A stretch of DNA of 64,000 bases from Octopus vulgaris. Lineage: Eukaryota. This document shows positions 26,083-38,387 of this stretch, in pieces. The translations under genes were made by a program, and so were the position numbers. The DNA lies in the NCBI GenBank assembly GCA_951406725.2, contig OX597829.1, forward strand, positions 13,206,001-13,270,000, given 5' to 3'. Below the pieces are notes generated by a model, which did not search any database, had not been told where the DNA came from, and worked only from the letters and a program-made list of their open reading frames with translations. How positions within the stretch are numbered: position 1 is the stretch's first letter; each line of letters begins with the position of its first letter.

Positions 26083-26483
26083 ACTAAGGGTAAGTGAGCA
26101 CCAGCATTGCTACATATAAGTGTCATAGACACTTTAGCCACAGACAGCACATTTTATTTGAACTGACCGCAAGAAAATGTATTAGATTAGCTTGCTAATT
26201 TCGTTTAGAAATAAATACTCATCAATAATCCTTACTCCATTGCAGGTGGTGACGCTGAACCTTCGTCTGTCAGTATTATAGAAAATACTATAGGAATCAG
26301 TGACTGATATCGCAAAATCGTAATGTGAAAATTATAAACTTTCTAGCATTGCAGGTGCCACTTTGTGTGGCGGTGAATTATTTTCTCTTTGATTTTAAAT
26401 TCTGTTCGGAATGTGGAGTAGATAAACAGCCGACAACTGATAGAGGGTTGTTCTTATGTTTGGAATAGCTTAGTTTGTTAGTT

Positions 26484-26739
26484 CTCGATGCCGATTCACC
26501 TTTGAAAACATACAAAATTTCAAGTGAAATACATTCACTGATCTACAAAATTAGACATATTACATTTCTAAACCTTTCCTGGGACTGTCACATTAAGTTG
26601 GCAACAAACCATCATTTAATCGTGCTGCTAGTGTATAAATCTCTCTAAGACATTTAGAAATGTAATATTTCTAATTTTGTAGATCAGTGAATTTATTTCA
26701 CTTGAAATCTATACGTTTTCAAAGGTGAATAAGCATCGA
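26484..26739. mobile_element. MITE-like element with ~88-bp inverted repeats
   Basis: TCGATGCCGATTCACCTTTGAAAAC..CATTTCTAAA mirrors TTTAGAAATG..GTTTTCAAAGGTGAATAAGCATCGA. Confidence 0.75.
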
Positions 26740-26837
26740 CAGCTACCAAACCACTTTTTATGTTGTTTTTGGAAGGAATCTAGCCGATTCTTTTAGCAAA
26801 ACCGCCGTTGTTGGGTGGTAGTGAAACAATTGAAAAA

Positions 26838-28200
26838 ATGAAAAGTTACGCAGAGGCTACTGAAGGTGGAGATAGCCAAATATTATGATATGATAAAAAA
26901 GAAGGGTCAAATATAAAAATGATCTTGCTTGAAGAGGAAAAAGAAAAATGGAAAAGAAGACAGTCAGATTCAGAACATTTTCGAATGTAAATAGAATAGA
27001 ACATGCGCCGCAGAAAGAGATAGAGGAAATCTTGGAGGAACAAATAGAAGAAGGAATGACTTTCTTTACAAGAGGAAAGAAATATGCGACTATAATAGTA
27101 ACCTTTGTATCAGAAGAGGAAGCGAAAAAACTGACAACACGCTGATACAGGGAGAGAAATGGAATTTAATGCCAAACTGTTTGGTCAAAAGAATCATTAG
27201 GATTAGGGTGGGAAGAAACCCACCGCAAATAGACCCAGAATGGGTAATAGTCGCAATTTTTAATTCAACGCTGGAGAAGGGAAGTGAAGACCTGAAGATT
27301 GGCAAAATAAGCCGAACACAACAAATGAAATAATGGGGCTATGGTGTAGAGATAATCTGTGAAATGAGGCCGAAATATTACGACGAAATGGCGGAATCTC
27401 AGAAACTACTAAATGGAGAAAAGTTGAAAATAATGTTGGATGGGTGACCCCTCCCCAAAGTGTTACGGATGTGGTGAAAGAGGGCACTTGAAAAAGAAAT
27501 GCCCTAGAGCAGTAGTGGAAATGGTAGAGGAGACTGTTTAGGAAAATATAATGGTAGAAAAAATGCAGAAACAGAAAAGAGAACATGACGGGATTTTTGC
27601 GGAGGTGAGACCCAGGAAAAGAGAGGGAAGGAAGTCACTGACTACCGTGGAATTGAAGAAGTGTAAAACAATGGAAGAGGAAACCCAACCAACGACGAGA
27701 AACGGAGAAAATTTACCGATAGAATTACCAGTAAAGGACTTATAAGTATAGAGTCATTCAGATCAGAAAGAAGACAACTCAGATTTACGGAAACCTAAAA
27801 ACATAGACACACAGACGAAACACGTAGAATTACAGTCAAACGAACACACAGACACACAGACGCAATTATAAGAAACCATAAAACAGCAGAAATATAGAGA
27901 CAAAGAGACAACATGAAAAACACAAACAAAAAGAAAAATTATAGTGAAATAGGACACGACAACTTAAAAGATTGCAAAATTGAAAGACATTGTGAGAGAC
28001 AGAAGTGGTAAGTCATTATAATTTTGTAAAGACTGTACCTAAGAAAAATAAATATTTGAACTTTTTATGGAGAAACAAAAGGAAAATCAAGAAGATTTTG
28101 CAACTGATTTCTTTATTACCCACAACGGCTAAACATAGATGGGACAATACACACATGTGGGGACAACAACACATGAAAGAATGGAATAGTGAAATTATAT
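26838..28200 (+). pseudogene. Degraded gag-like LINE ORF1 (L1/Tx1-like) with CCHC zinc knuckle
   Basis: MKSYAEATEG start, FFTRGKKYATI, PPQIDPEWVI, and CYGCGERGHL(frameshift)KCP at 27461-27501. Many frameshifts. Confidence 0.7.
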
Positions 28201-28249
28201 AATGAATATGGGACGGCCACCCAGCCCCGCTCCGGGGTGGTTACGTTAT

Positions 28250-29734
28250 TTCAATTATTTCAACAGTTTTCAACAGTTCTTTTCAAAATAAAAGTCTACT
28301 TACCATTTTGTATAGTTCTTAATTTCCTCATAGTTCACCACTGGAGTGCTGGGTTCGAAATTCACCTCGGGCCCCAGTAGGTTTATATCTGATGAGAAAG
28401 CCTTTTTTAACTTTCTGTACTTATCTTTTTCCATCTCGTCTCCCTATTGTGACCATCTGAGAGGTTCACTTTAACAATGTCTTTCATTTTAGTTATTTTC
28501 ATTTCTATTTTTTGTGTCGACCGATTTGTTATCAAATATATTCCGTTCCTCTTACGTCTGCATGCCTGCTCCTTTTAGTTTTTGTGACTCTGTACTATCA
28601 TGTGTCTCTTCTTGTATATTTATTTGTAGCTGTATGTCTGTGTATATATTTTTGTCTGCGGGTCTGCATGTTTGTGTGATTGTAAGTCTCCATGTTGTGT
28701 CTCTGTATCTGTGCTTTTTAGTTTCTGCAACTCTGTCATCTTTTACGCTTCCGTGTGTATGTATGATTATGAGTTTATGTGTCTGTAAATCTGTTTGTTT
28801 GAGCGATTGTGAGTCTGCATGTTCACATGGTGATGTTCTGCTTGTATTTTCATTCCTCTGTGATCTCACTTGATCCCGTGATTTATATTTCTGTCCATGT
28901 TCAAATTTCGGCGATGAGCTCCTCCATTCTCTCTTCCTTGACTTAGCTTCCTCAAAATCAGCTCTCTGTTCCTCTTCCCGTGTCTGTTTCTTCTCTTCCA
29001 TCACGCCTTCTTGCGTTTCCATTTCTATGTTTTCCATTATTTCTGGGCACCTTCTTCTAATGTGACCTCTTTTGCCACATTCATAGCAACATTATATCCA
29101 GCTTGTCCTCGTTTGGCAATTCCAGTGTCTTCGGTATGGTATCGTATACTGTCTGACTTGCCGTGAAAACCACCTCCAAACCAAACCGCCAACAACTTAT
29201 TTGTTGGTTTCTGGTTATCATAACTATCTCTACTTCTTCCTTTTTTCCAGAAAAAAAAATTGCTGCTATTAACCATTCCGGCTCTATTTTCGGCGGGATC
29301 CTACCCACCCTAATCCTCGTTGGACTTCTACCCAGGATTTAGGAAAGAGCATCCAATTTTCGCTAGTTAACGTCTCATTGGCGTATTTCCTTGCTGCCTC
29401 CTCTGAAATAAATCTGATCTCCACAGACCCGTATTTCTTGCCTCTTGTGAAAAACGACACATCCTTCAATTCCTTCAAACACTCCTCCACAGCATCCTTA
29501 GTTGCGCCTCTGTATTCTTTTATTTTTCCTTGAAAACGATTTATATTCCACCACCATAATTTCCATTTTCGCCTTTTCCTCCTTTGATGGCCTCTCTTTC
29601 TGCACCATCTCTAGCTATTTTCCATATTTCTTAGCCATGTCGTCATTCCAGCACATTTCGTATTGCTTCAGCTGGCCTGAGACGACGGAAGCCCGACTCC
29701 CCGTTGCTGTCGCATATGTATTCATTTTCTCCAT
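28250..29734 (-). pseudogene. Second, diverged gag-like ORF1 with intact CCHC knuckle
   Basis: MEKMNTYATATG start, FFTRGKKYGSVEIRFISEEAA, PPKIEPEWLI and CYECGKRGHIRRRCPE (29088-29047). Homologous to the + strand copy. Confidence 0.75.
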
Positions 29735-29869
29735 CTCAGCAATGTTCACCCAAAGAATGGTGACGCTATACTCATAAACTTCTGCAAAGCATCACAAAAC
29801 CACTCAACCAACAAAAACGACGCAGCGATGCAAAGACACGTTCGACAAGTAAATCTTGCAACTGAGGAA

Positions 29870-30193
29870 TGAACAGGTTTTCTAAAGTATTTTAAATACT
29901 GTGATAAATATTTGGGTGACTTTTAGTTTAAAAAGGAAAAGAAATATGTAAGTCCTGTATGAACATTTGTTTAAAATGTTTATAATTGTAGGGTAAAAGC
30001 GAAGCTAGAAATTATATAAAATGTAAAGTTTTAAGGAAAAGGAATCCACGATTTCATCTCGCAGCGGGGGCGAGATGGTCGTCTCAATTGCATTGTAATT
30101 TTATTCATTTCACATTCATCCTTCATGCGTTTTTTGTTCCCGCATGTCTTTGTATGTCCCCTCTGTGTCTAGGCCTTGTGCCTGTAATAAAGA
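29870..30193 (+). mobile_element. L1/Tx1-like 3' UTR with AATAAA
   Basis: TGTCCCCTCTGTGT..CCTTGTG..AATAAAGAA resembles the terminus of the L1/Tx1 fragment at 51837-51876. Confidence 0.45.
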
Positions 30194-30217
30194 ACCAAGC
30201 TACCAAGTCCAAGCTAC

Positions 30218-30260
30218 TCCAGACTGATGAAGAGCAATGACTCTGAAACTAGTCTGTGGA
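30218..30260 (+). ncRNA. Type I hammerhead ribozyme, canonical core
   Basis: tccaga CTGATGA AGAG-caatga-CTCT GAAAC-TA-GTC tgtgga. Stem III is palindromic (ACTAGT). Predicted cleavage after 30254. Confidence 0.8.
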
Positions 30261-30404
30261 TATTTGGCTTTGCTGGGTGGAGGTGCTTATCTCCCCTGTC
30301 TGAAAACATAAGGACACAAAACGCTTGTTTCACATGGTCAGCTGGAAACGGTGTTTCCTGGGGCTAAATAGCAGTACCATATATATATATATATATATGT
30401 ATAC

Positions 30405-30595
30405 ACAGGGAGGGTTTACGGAGAAAACAAAAGACGAAGACAGGTGCTGTAGAAAACAAACAGATGTATTAATATAACGCTCAGAAATAGTAAAAGTCTT
30501 TTACGTTTCGAGCCTACGCTCTTCTGCAGAAAGGGACACAGAAAAAACAAGTTGAGAAACAAGGAGAGAAAAAAATGTGTGTAGTGGCTAACGAT
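30405..30595 (-). mobile_element. Penelope pLTR fragment in (TA)n, with hammerhead motif at 30498-30533
   Basis: Minus: cttt CTGCAGA A GAGC-gtag-GCTC GAAAC GTA aaag. Homologous to 13400-13588. Confidence 0.7.
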
Positions 30596-30602
30596 ATGTG
30601 TA

Positions 30603-30673
<71 letters not shown>

Positions 30674-31612
30674 ATGTATGTATATATTTTTGTGTGTGTA
30701 GACATGTGCATTTTTGAGTTTTGTCATCCCAATCTATGTAATAACTTAATTTAGAAAAGTGATTATTAGTGTACCAATTCTGAATTGATTCATTTTAGTG
30801 CATATTCTTGTAGTTACTGTTAAATTTATCATTATAATAGTATTTGATATTAATTACATATCACAAATAGGATGTCTTCATTATATTAAATGAATGATGT
30901 ATAAATACACGTATTTCATTTATTACTTACTTGATTATAATTATAATAATAATAAGGATAATAATAGATAGTTTCATTTGAATTACTCTAATAAATTTAA
31001 TAATCAAAATAGTAATTTTTATAGTATTGTATAGTTTATAAATTGTATTCTTATTACAACAATGTTTTTTGTTACTTCTGAAAGTATTGATAGAATTTGG
31101 ATATGCACCATATGTGGTCCCTTGTTTTGTAAATAATAATATAGATTAATTCATTGCCTTTATTATTTGTTTGTGTTATATTAATGATTTCTACCGATTC
31201 ACTAATATACAGATAACAATCATTATTTAAGTAACTTCAAATCTAGTTACCCCTAAAAAATATGTTTATTTGATTTTCATTACTATAGCTTAAAAATATA
31301 TCTATGGGGTACTTTGGTTATCGCATTTAGAACCTTAAGTATATATATTAATGTTCATTACGGAATTCTCCCTACGATAAATTGAGTATACAAGGGAAAA
31401 TGTTTAATAGGTTTCGATTCATATCTACTACGGTATTATCCCACCGAGAAAACAAAAAATATAGAAGATTATTATTAGTTAATTTAAACAATATTGTTTT
31501 TCAATCAAAAAATTTAAACAAATAGGACAGTTGTTGTTTTGAAGATATAATTGTTTATATATTTTTTGTTGCAGTTATACAGAGGGGAAGACTTAGATAC
31601 TTATAAATATAT

Positions 31613-31665
<53 letters not shown>

Positions 31666-31752
31666 GTATAAGGATGAAAAGGAACACACAAGTTGATATA
31701 TATGAAAAAACAAGTCAAGATAGAAAATGCTAAAATAATTTTATAAAGAACA

Positions 31753-31795
31753 TTTCAGTACCGGTTTCGGTCATTAGAGACCTTTTCAACTGTAA
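31753..31795 (-). ncRNA. Hammerhead motif with compensatory U3-A8 core
   Basis: Minus: ttacag TTGAAAA GGTC-tctaat-GACC GAAAC-CG-GTA ctgaaa. Confidence 0.7.
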
Positions 31796-32299
31796 CGATT
31801 AAATAATTAAATTTAGAAAAATTAAAAGAAAAGATTTTTAAGAGAATATTTGTATAGTGTTCAAATATAAGTGGCATTTTCCTTGTTTCTGCCTTTCTCT
31901 GTCTCTCTTGTTTACAGTTGTGGGTTCTAGGTCGTTAATAAATACATAGACATTTGAATTAATTTTTACAATACAGCAGTCCTTTCACACGGAATGTCGT
32001 CTGTAATTAAACCATGACCCTGAAGTGACTTATATAAAAGGGAACTGTTATTGTGTATGTATATCAGAAAATGTACATATGTCGAAGCAACTTGTTTATG
32101 TTACATAATATTAAGCTATATTATATTCATAGAATATCATGTAATAATATAATATAGATAAATAATTGATTTTCAATAGTATCTTTATACTTAATTTATA
32201 ATTGTAATTTCATTATACCAATATTTGTATGGTTTCGAACTGAAGTACCATTGAATTGGATGTATAACACACCCTTTTGAAGGATCTCTTTTCCTTAGT

Positions 32300-32504
32300 T
32301 GTTGATTCGTTAGCTACTGCACGCATTTTTTTTCTCTCCTTCTTTCTGTGTTTTTCTCTCTCTGTGTATCTTTCTGTTGAAGAGCGTAGGCTCGAAACGT
32401 TAAAGACTTGTTTTATTTATATTTCCTGAGCGCCATACTAATACAATTGTTCGTTTGTTTTCCACCTACCTTCGTCTTTTGTTTATTTTCATAAAGCTTC
32501 CCGT

Positions 32505-32505
<1 letters not shown>
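32300..32505 (+). mobile_element. Penelope pLTR copy ending at (TA)n, with hammerhead motif at 32370-32405
   Basis: cttt CTGTTGA A GAGC-gtag-GCTC GAAAC GTT aaag. Homologous to 13400-13588. Confidence 0.75.
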
Positions 32506-32550
<45 letters not shown>

Positions 32551-33064
32551 GCAAACATCTATGTGTGTGTTTTGTCCCAACCTCTGCTTGACAACCGTTG
32601 TTGGTAAGTTTACGACCCCGTAACTAGAGTGAAAAAATAAGTTCGAGGCTGCAAATGTAAAAGTAGTTGGGTCGATACATCGATTAAAATTCTTCGAGGC
32701 GGTGCCACAGCATGGCCACAGTCTAATGACCGATACAACTAAGAGAATAGAAGTTTTTAATAACGCGGTATGGGTTTATCTGCACAGGAATGAAGACGTG
32801 AAGGTCACAACAGGAATTCTTTTGATCATAGCTCTCTTAGAAAGAAAAATGTTGATAGACATAGAAGCCGTAGCAGCAGTAGCAGTAGCAGCAGCAACAG
32901 CCCATGTGCTTCAAATGATATTGTATTTATTGAGAAACATAGTAAAATCTTTTGACCAGCATTAATACTAATAACAAAGTCATGTGACCCAAAATCCAAA
33001 CGACTGAAATTAATATGATTAATAAGAATAATGTAACGATAAGACCGTAACGCCTGCATAATTC

Positions 33065-33140
33065 AAAACACATATTTATCCTCATCTTGTTTGTTGTTAA
33101 CACAATGTTTCGGCTGATATACCCTCCAGCCTCCAGATGT
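33065..33140 (-). mobile_element. Penelope pLTR fragment with the 3' half of a hammerhead
   Basis: Minus GGCTG-gagggtatat-CAGCC GAAAC ATT gtg. Nearly identical to 38975-39044. Confidence 0.65.
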
Positions 33141-33142
33141 TG

Positions 33143-33222
<80 letters not shown>

Positions 33223-33247
33223 CATAATAATAATAATAATAATAATG

Positions 33248-33285
<38 letters not shown>

Positions 33286-33286
33286 T

Positions 33287-33355
33287 TTACACCGAGGACG
33301 TTAAACAAGATTACACCGGGGACGTTAAACGAAGATTGCACCGGGGACGTTAAAC
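33287..33355 (+). repeat. Three ~25-bp tandem repeats at the 5' end of the R4 element
   Basis: TTRCACCGRGGACGTTAAAC x3. Confidence 0.9.
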
Positions 33356-33557
33356 ATGTGAGAGCGTTAAAACAGCGCTCCGAAATCTATCCACAAACAT
33401 CGAATACAAAGACATCGTATGGAGCCAAAAATTTACTGACAAAGGAATGAACTGTATCCGAGTAAGTGATACTAATTGAAATTTATTACTATTTTCTAAA
33501 CGAAATGATGTATTTTAACTCGATATCATCTCCACCTCTAACACAACACATGTAAAC

Positions 33558-36500
33558 ATGCGTGGTAGATTACGACCCATCAACACCAGATCATCTCCGA
33601 CCACAAACACTATGTACAAAAAAACTACTAAGAAATTAAATAACACCGATATTATTCAACCCAAGAATAGCAATCGGGAAGTACGTACATTAAACTTACA
33701 ACATAAAATGTACGAAAAACTACACGTGCAAAACAATGTGACAACAGAAATGAACGGACCGGTACCCTACGAAAATGACGACCGTCAAAATAATGGGCCG
33801 GACGTTGTTCCTCATGTCCCGCAAATAAAACCCAAAAGACATAAATGGACACGTGAGGAATACATTTCTATCCTACATGCCTATTTTACAGCAGTGCTCT
33901 ACCCAAAGAATGAAAACACAACAACACATACATATAAAATATGGAAGGAAAACAACATAAATATAGACTTGGATATAGCAATGAACCCTAAGAAACTAGC
34001 AAATATACGGAGATATATTCTCAACGCAAAAAAAATATCAGAAATAGAAATAGAACATCTAAAAGAAAAAATACATCAGGAAAATGTAGATAGAAGCCAC
34101 ACAACAATGCCCAATAATATAAACACTGAAACAGTAAAACACGAAGACAAATGTAACACTCCCAACACGACAAACAAACATACAAATAAGAAAGAAAACG
34201 ACACAAATCTAAAACCTGGAAACAAGGAAGAGGAGCCTAATGAATATGATAATATAAAAAGTAGAATAATCAAAGAACTAAAAACCACAGAGCTCAAAAT
34301 GGACCACCGATCATACCTCCCAAAAATCAAAATAGACGAAACAACAACACCAATTATAAACAGCATTAACCTAGCCGTCACGGAACTAATAGCCACTGAA
34401 ACAAAAAGCGATATCACTGAGCTAAATAACTTAGTATACGCAGCAGCCACTGCAGCCACAAAAGAAGCTGGATACTCACTCAAACCCGTCCAAACAGGAG
34501 TACCACCACCCAAACAAACCCTGTGGATAAATAACATCCAAAACAAAATACAAAAAATAAGAAAAGATCTGTCGATTCTTAATGAAATCAGTAGACAATC
34601 AACGCTACTGAGCAACAAAAAGAAAACAAAAATACTCCGCAAATACATCACACAAAAAGATTTACCTGAGATAAAAGAAAAGCTAAAGCAAGATATCCTT
34701 GCCAAAGCACAAAGGATCCGCCGGTGCGAGAAACGCCAGCGCTTCTTTGAACAAAACAAAAAGTTCAACTCCAACCCCAAAAAGTTCTACCAAGAACTTG
34801 GCAAAAATAAAATAGAAATCACTGCAGCACCAACGGCAGAAGAAGTGGAAGAATTCTGGAGAGAAATATGGTCGGCGAACGAACAACCAAAAAAAAGGAG
34901 TATTGAAATAACAAACTCAGCATCTGAGCAACTTTGGATCCCCATAACAACTGAAGAGGTCACCCAGTCACTGCAAAGAGTAAGCAACTGGAAGGCACCT
35001 GGGCATGACAAGATCCCCAACTTCTGGTTGAAATATCTAACAAGAATGCACAAAAAGCTGGCTGAAAATCTTAACAACATACTAGCAGAGCCAGAGACAA
35101 TGCCTGAATGGCTCACGAAGGGGAAATACCATCTTAATTCCCAAATCAAATGAGACAGCAAAACCAGAAAACTACAGACCAATAACCTGTCTCCCTACGA
35201 TGTACAAGGCATTTACTGCAGTGATATCGCAAAGGTTGAACAAGCACCTAGATGAAAACAACCTGTTTCTAGAAGAGCAGAAAGGATGCCGCAAAGGCTC
35301 ATACGGCTGTAAAGATCAACTAATGATCAATAAAGCCATAACTGAAGACAGCCACAGAAAGAAGAAAGGCCTCAGTATGGCCTGGATTGACTACAAAAAG
35401 GCGTTTGATAGCATCCCCTACACATGGATCATCGAAACACTAGCCATTAACAAAGTAGCACCAACAATTATAAAATTCATTGGGCACTCTATGAATAAAT
35501 GGCAAACAGTGCTACAGCTCCAAACAAAAGAGGAACTCATGAAAACCAAAGCCATCCCCGTTAGAAGAGGAATATTCCAGGGAGACACGCTCTCACCACT
35601 CCTTTTCTGCTTGGCACTGTCACCTCTATCTGACATGCTAAATAGAACTGGATGCGGATGTAAATGTTACGGCAAAACGATCAGCCACCTTTTATATATG
35701 GATGACCTAAAACTATACGCTGCAAATGACAAACAGCTGGAAACACTATTAAAGACAGTTCATGGATTTACCAAAGAAATAGATATGAAATTTGGATTAG
35801 AAAAATGCGCCAAATTAACCATGAAAAGAGGAAAACTAGTTAAGAGTAGCAACATCACACTAGATAAAACCAATGAAATAAAAGAATTAGACCAAAGCCA
35901 AACTTACAAATACTTAGGAATCCATGAACTAGATAAGCCAAACACACACAAATGAAAGAGAAAATAAAAAAAAGAATATTATAGAGGAGTTAGATCAATA
36001 CTAAAAACAGAGCTCAATGCTAAAAACAAGATAATAGGTATTAACACTTTAGCTGTCCCAGTTATAAGTTACAGCTACAATATCCTTAACTGGACACTAA
36101 ATGAACTGACCAAAATAGATAGGAAAACAAGAAAAATAATGACAGGGTCTAGGATGCATCACCCAAAATCTGACATAGAAAGACTATGTATACAACGTAT
36201 AGAAGGTGGTAGAGGCCTTATACAGCTGGAAAACTACTATAAAATAACCACCATAGGACTGCAAAAATATCTACTTCAGAAGGAAGGAAAACTGATACAA
36301 ATAGCGGCAAAACACAAGCAAAACAAAAAACTGTTCTCACTATTTAAGGAAGCTGACAAATACAAACAAGAAATCATACCACCTAAAAAATATAAAGAAG
36401 AAGAAGAAGATGAAGAAACAACAAAAGCTATAAAACAAATGAAATCCAAACTAAAACTAGAACAGCAAAAAACCATGATAAAACGATGGCAAGAAAAACC

Positions 36501-37236
36501 CCTCCACGGTAAATACTGGACTAAACTAAATGCAAAAGAAATAGACAAAGAAAAATTCCAGCAATGGTTGAGAAGCTCAGGACTCAAAGCAGAGACAAAG
36601 GGATTTTTAATTGCAGCAGAAGACCAAAGCCTCCCCACCAGAAATTACCAAAAACATGTAATGAAAAGAAATATAACAAGTAACTGCAGAATATGTGGAG
36701 ATGGACAAGAAACAATAAATCATATTATCTCTGGCTGCCCAGTCCTGGCTAAGAAGGAATATATTCACAGACATGAGAGAGTTGGAACCTACATACACTG
36801 GAAGCTATGCCAACATTATGGAATAACAACAGAAAAAAGATGGTATAGGCACACACCAGAAAAGGTCACAGAAAACGAGAAAGCAACCATACTCTGGGAT
36901 ATGCCGATACACACAGATAGAGAAATTAAGGCCAACAGAGATCATGAAGGATAAAAATGCTTTCTAATTGATGTATCAATACCGGCAGATGACAACGTGT
37001 CTCTAAAAGAATTGGAGAAACTTTCAAAATACAAAGTCCTGGAAATGGAGGTAACCAGAATGTGGAATCTAAAAACAGAAACAATTCCTATCATAGTAGT
37101 TGCATTAGGCATGATAAAAAAATATTCAGACAAATACATAACAAAACCACCAGGAATTACAAACATATATAACGTACAGAAAATTGCACTACTAGGCACT
37201 GCACACATCCTACGCAGAACACTTCCCATACAATAA
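33558..37236 (+). pseudogene. R4/Dong polyprotein (N-terminal domain, reverse transcriptase, CCHC, RLE endonuclease), disrupted
   Basis: NWKAPGHDKI, ENYRPITCLP, WIDYKKAFDSI, GIFQGDTLSP, YMDD (35695-35706), YKYLG, CRICGDGQETINHIISGC, HRH, LIDVSIP and KLSKY. Frameshift at ~35127, indels with a stop at ~35940-35975, and a stop at 36952. Confidence 0.93.
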
Positions 37237-37322
37237 CCATCAGAGCACCCAAGGCACACAGAGCTGCGCTCAGTAGTGAAGTGAAAGCACGCTATAAAAA
37301 ATAAAACTACTGAATAATAATG

Positions 37323-37422
<100 letters not shown>

Positions 37423-37578
37423 GTGGCTGTGTGGTAAGTAGCTTGCTAACCAACCACATGGTTCCGGGTTCAGTCCCACTGCGTGGCATCTTGGGCAAGT
37501 GTCTTCTGCTATAGCACCATGCCGACCAATGCCTTGTGAGTGGATTTGGTAGACAGAAACTGAAAGAAGCCTGTCGTA

Positions 37579-37617
<39 letters not shown>

Positions 37618-37840
37618 TTGTTTGTGTGTCTGTGTTTGTGCCCCTAGCATTGCTTGACAACCGATGCTGGTGTGTTTACGTCCCCGTCACTTAGCGGTTC
37701 GAAAAAAGAGACCGATAGAATAAGTACTGTGCTTACAAAAAAAGAATAAGTCCCGGGGTCGAGTTGCTCGACTAAAGGCGGTGCTCCAGCATGGCCGCAG
37801 TCAAATGACTGAAACAAATAAAAGAGTAAGAGTAAAGAGT
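37423..37840 (+). mobile_element. SINE family A, best-preserved copy (tRNA-like head, CORE-like TTGGGCAAGT block, internal microsatellite)
   Basis: GTGGCTGTGTGGTAAG A box, GGTTCAGTCCC B-box-like motif and GACTGAAACAA(GAGTAA)n tail. More than 12 copies in the window. Confidence 0.85.
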
Positions 37841-38009
37841 ATAATAATAATAAGTAGGAGTAAACATATGAACAAAATAAAAATAAAATAAACAGAAACA
37901 AAAACAAACAAAATACAAATTACACAAACGTATATAAACAGGAGATACAAATATTACAGTCACTTTCCACACACACTTACTAAACATAGTCACACATGTT
38001 AGTAAGGAG

Positions 38010-38241
38010 AGACCGTTAGTAAGGAGAGACCGTTAGTAAGGAGAGACACAAAAATAAGAAAGAAGAAAGCAAAGGATCACTGATGCGGTCACAGGAGTGT
38101 GACGAAAGAACTCTGGCCGAAATAAGATTAAGATTAATGTAAAAAATAAATAACACTGAAGCAAAGTAACCCTAAATATATAGTGCGTGTGTTTTTATTG
38201 GCTAAATTGGCAAAATGACCATTCCCAAATATAACAATATA

Positions 38242-38278
<37 letters not shown>

Positions 38279-38372
38279 TGTTATATTTGGGAATGGTCAT
38301 TTTGCCAATTTAGCCAATAAAAACACAGGCACTATATATTTAGGGTTGCTTTGCTTCAGTGTTATTTATTTT
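38010..38372 (+). mobile_element. Penelope pLTR-like unit with hammerhead (38075-38118), followed by (TA)n and an inverted copy of its 3' end
   Basis: gatca CTGATGC G GTCAC-aggagt-GTGAC GAAAG-aa-CTC tggcc. Inverted repeat 38143-38240 / 38275-38372. Confidence 0.72.
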
Positions 38373-38387
38373 ATATATATATATATA

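Larger units (their letters stand above)
33286..37312 (+). mobile_element. Near full-length R4/Dong-clade non-LTR retrotransposon inserted in (AAT)n
   Basis: One long disrupted ORF with RT, CCHC and restriction-like endonuclease domains, and (AAT)n arrays on both flanks. Confidence 0.93.

Noticed and set aside
26350-26430. Possible zinc-ribbon exon (LCGG..FKFCSECG) after TTGCAG
   Set aside because: Needs a frameshift, is short and has no supporting neighbouring exons.
28389-28410. CTGATGAG hammerhead-like box
   Set aside because: No stem II followed by GAAA and NUH, and no closing stem I.
33287-33355. CRISPR-like repeat array
   Set aside because: No unique spacers and no cas genes, in a eukaryotic retroelement 5' UTR.
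34076-34780. 234-aa minus-strand ORF and other antisense ORFs in the R4 element
   Set aside because: Antisense shadows of an A-rich coding strand.
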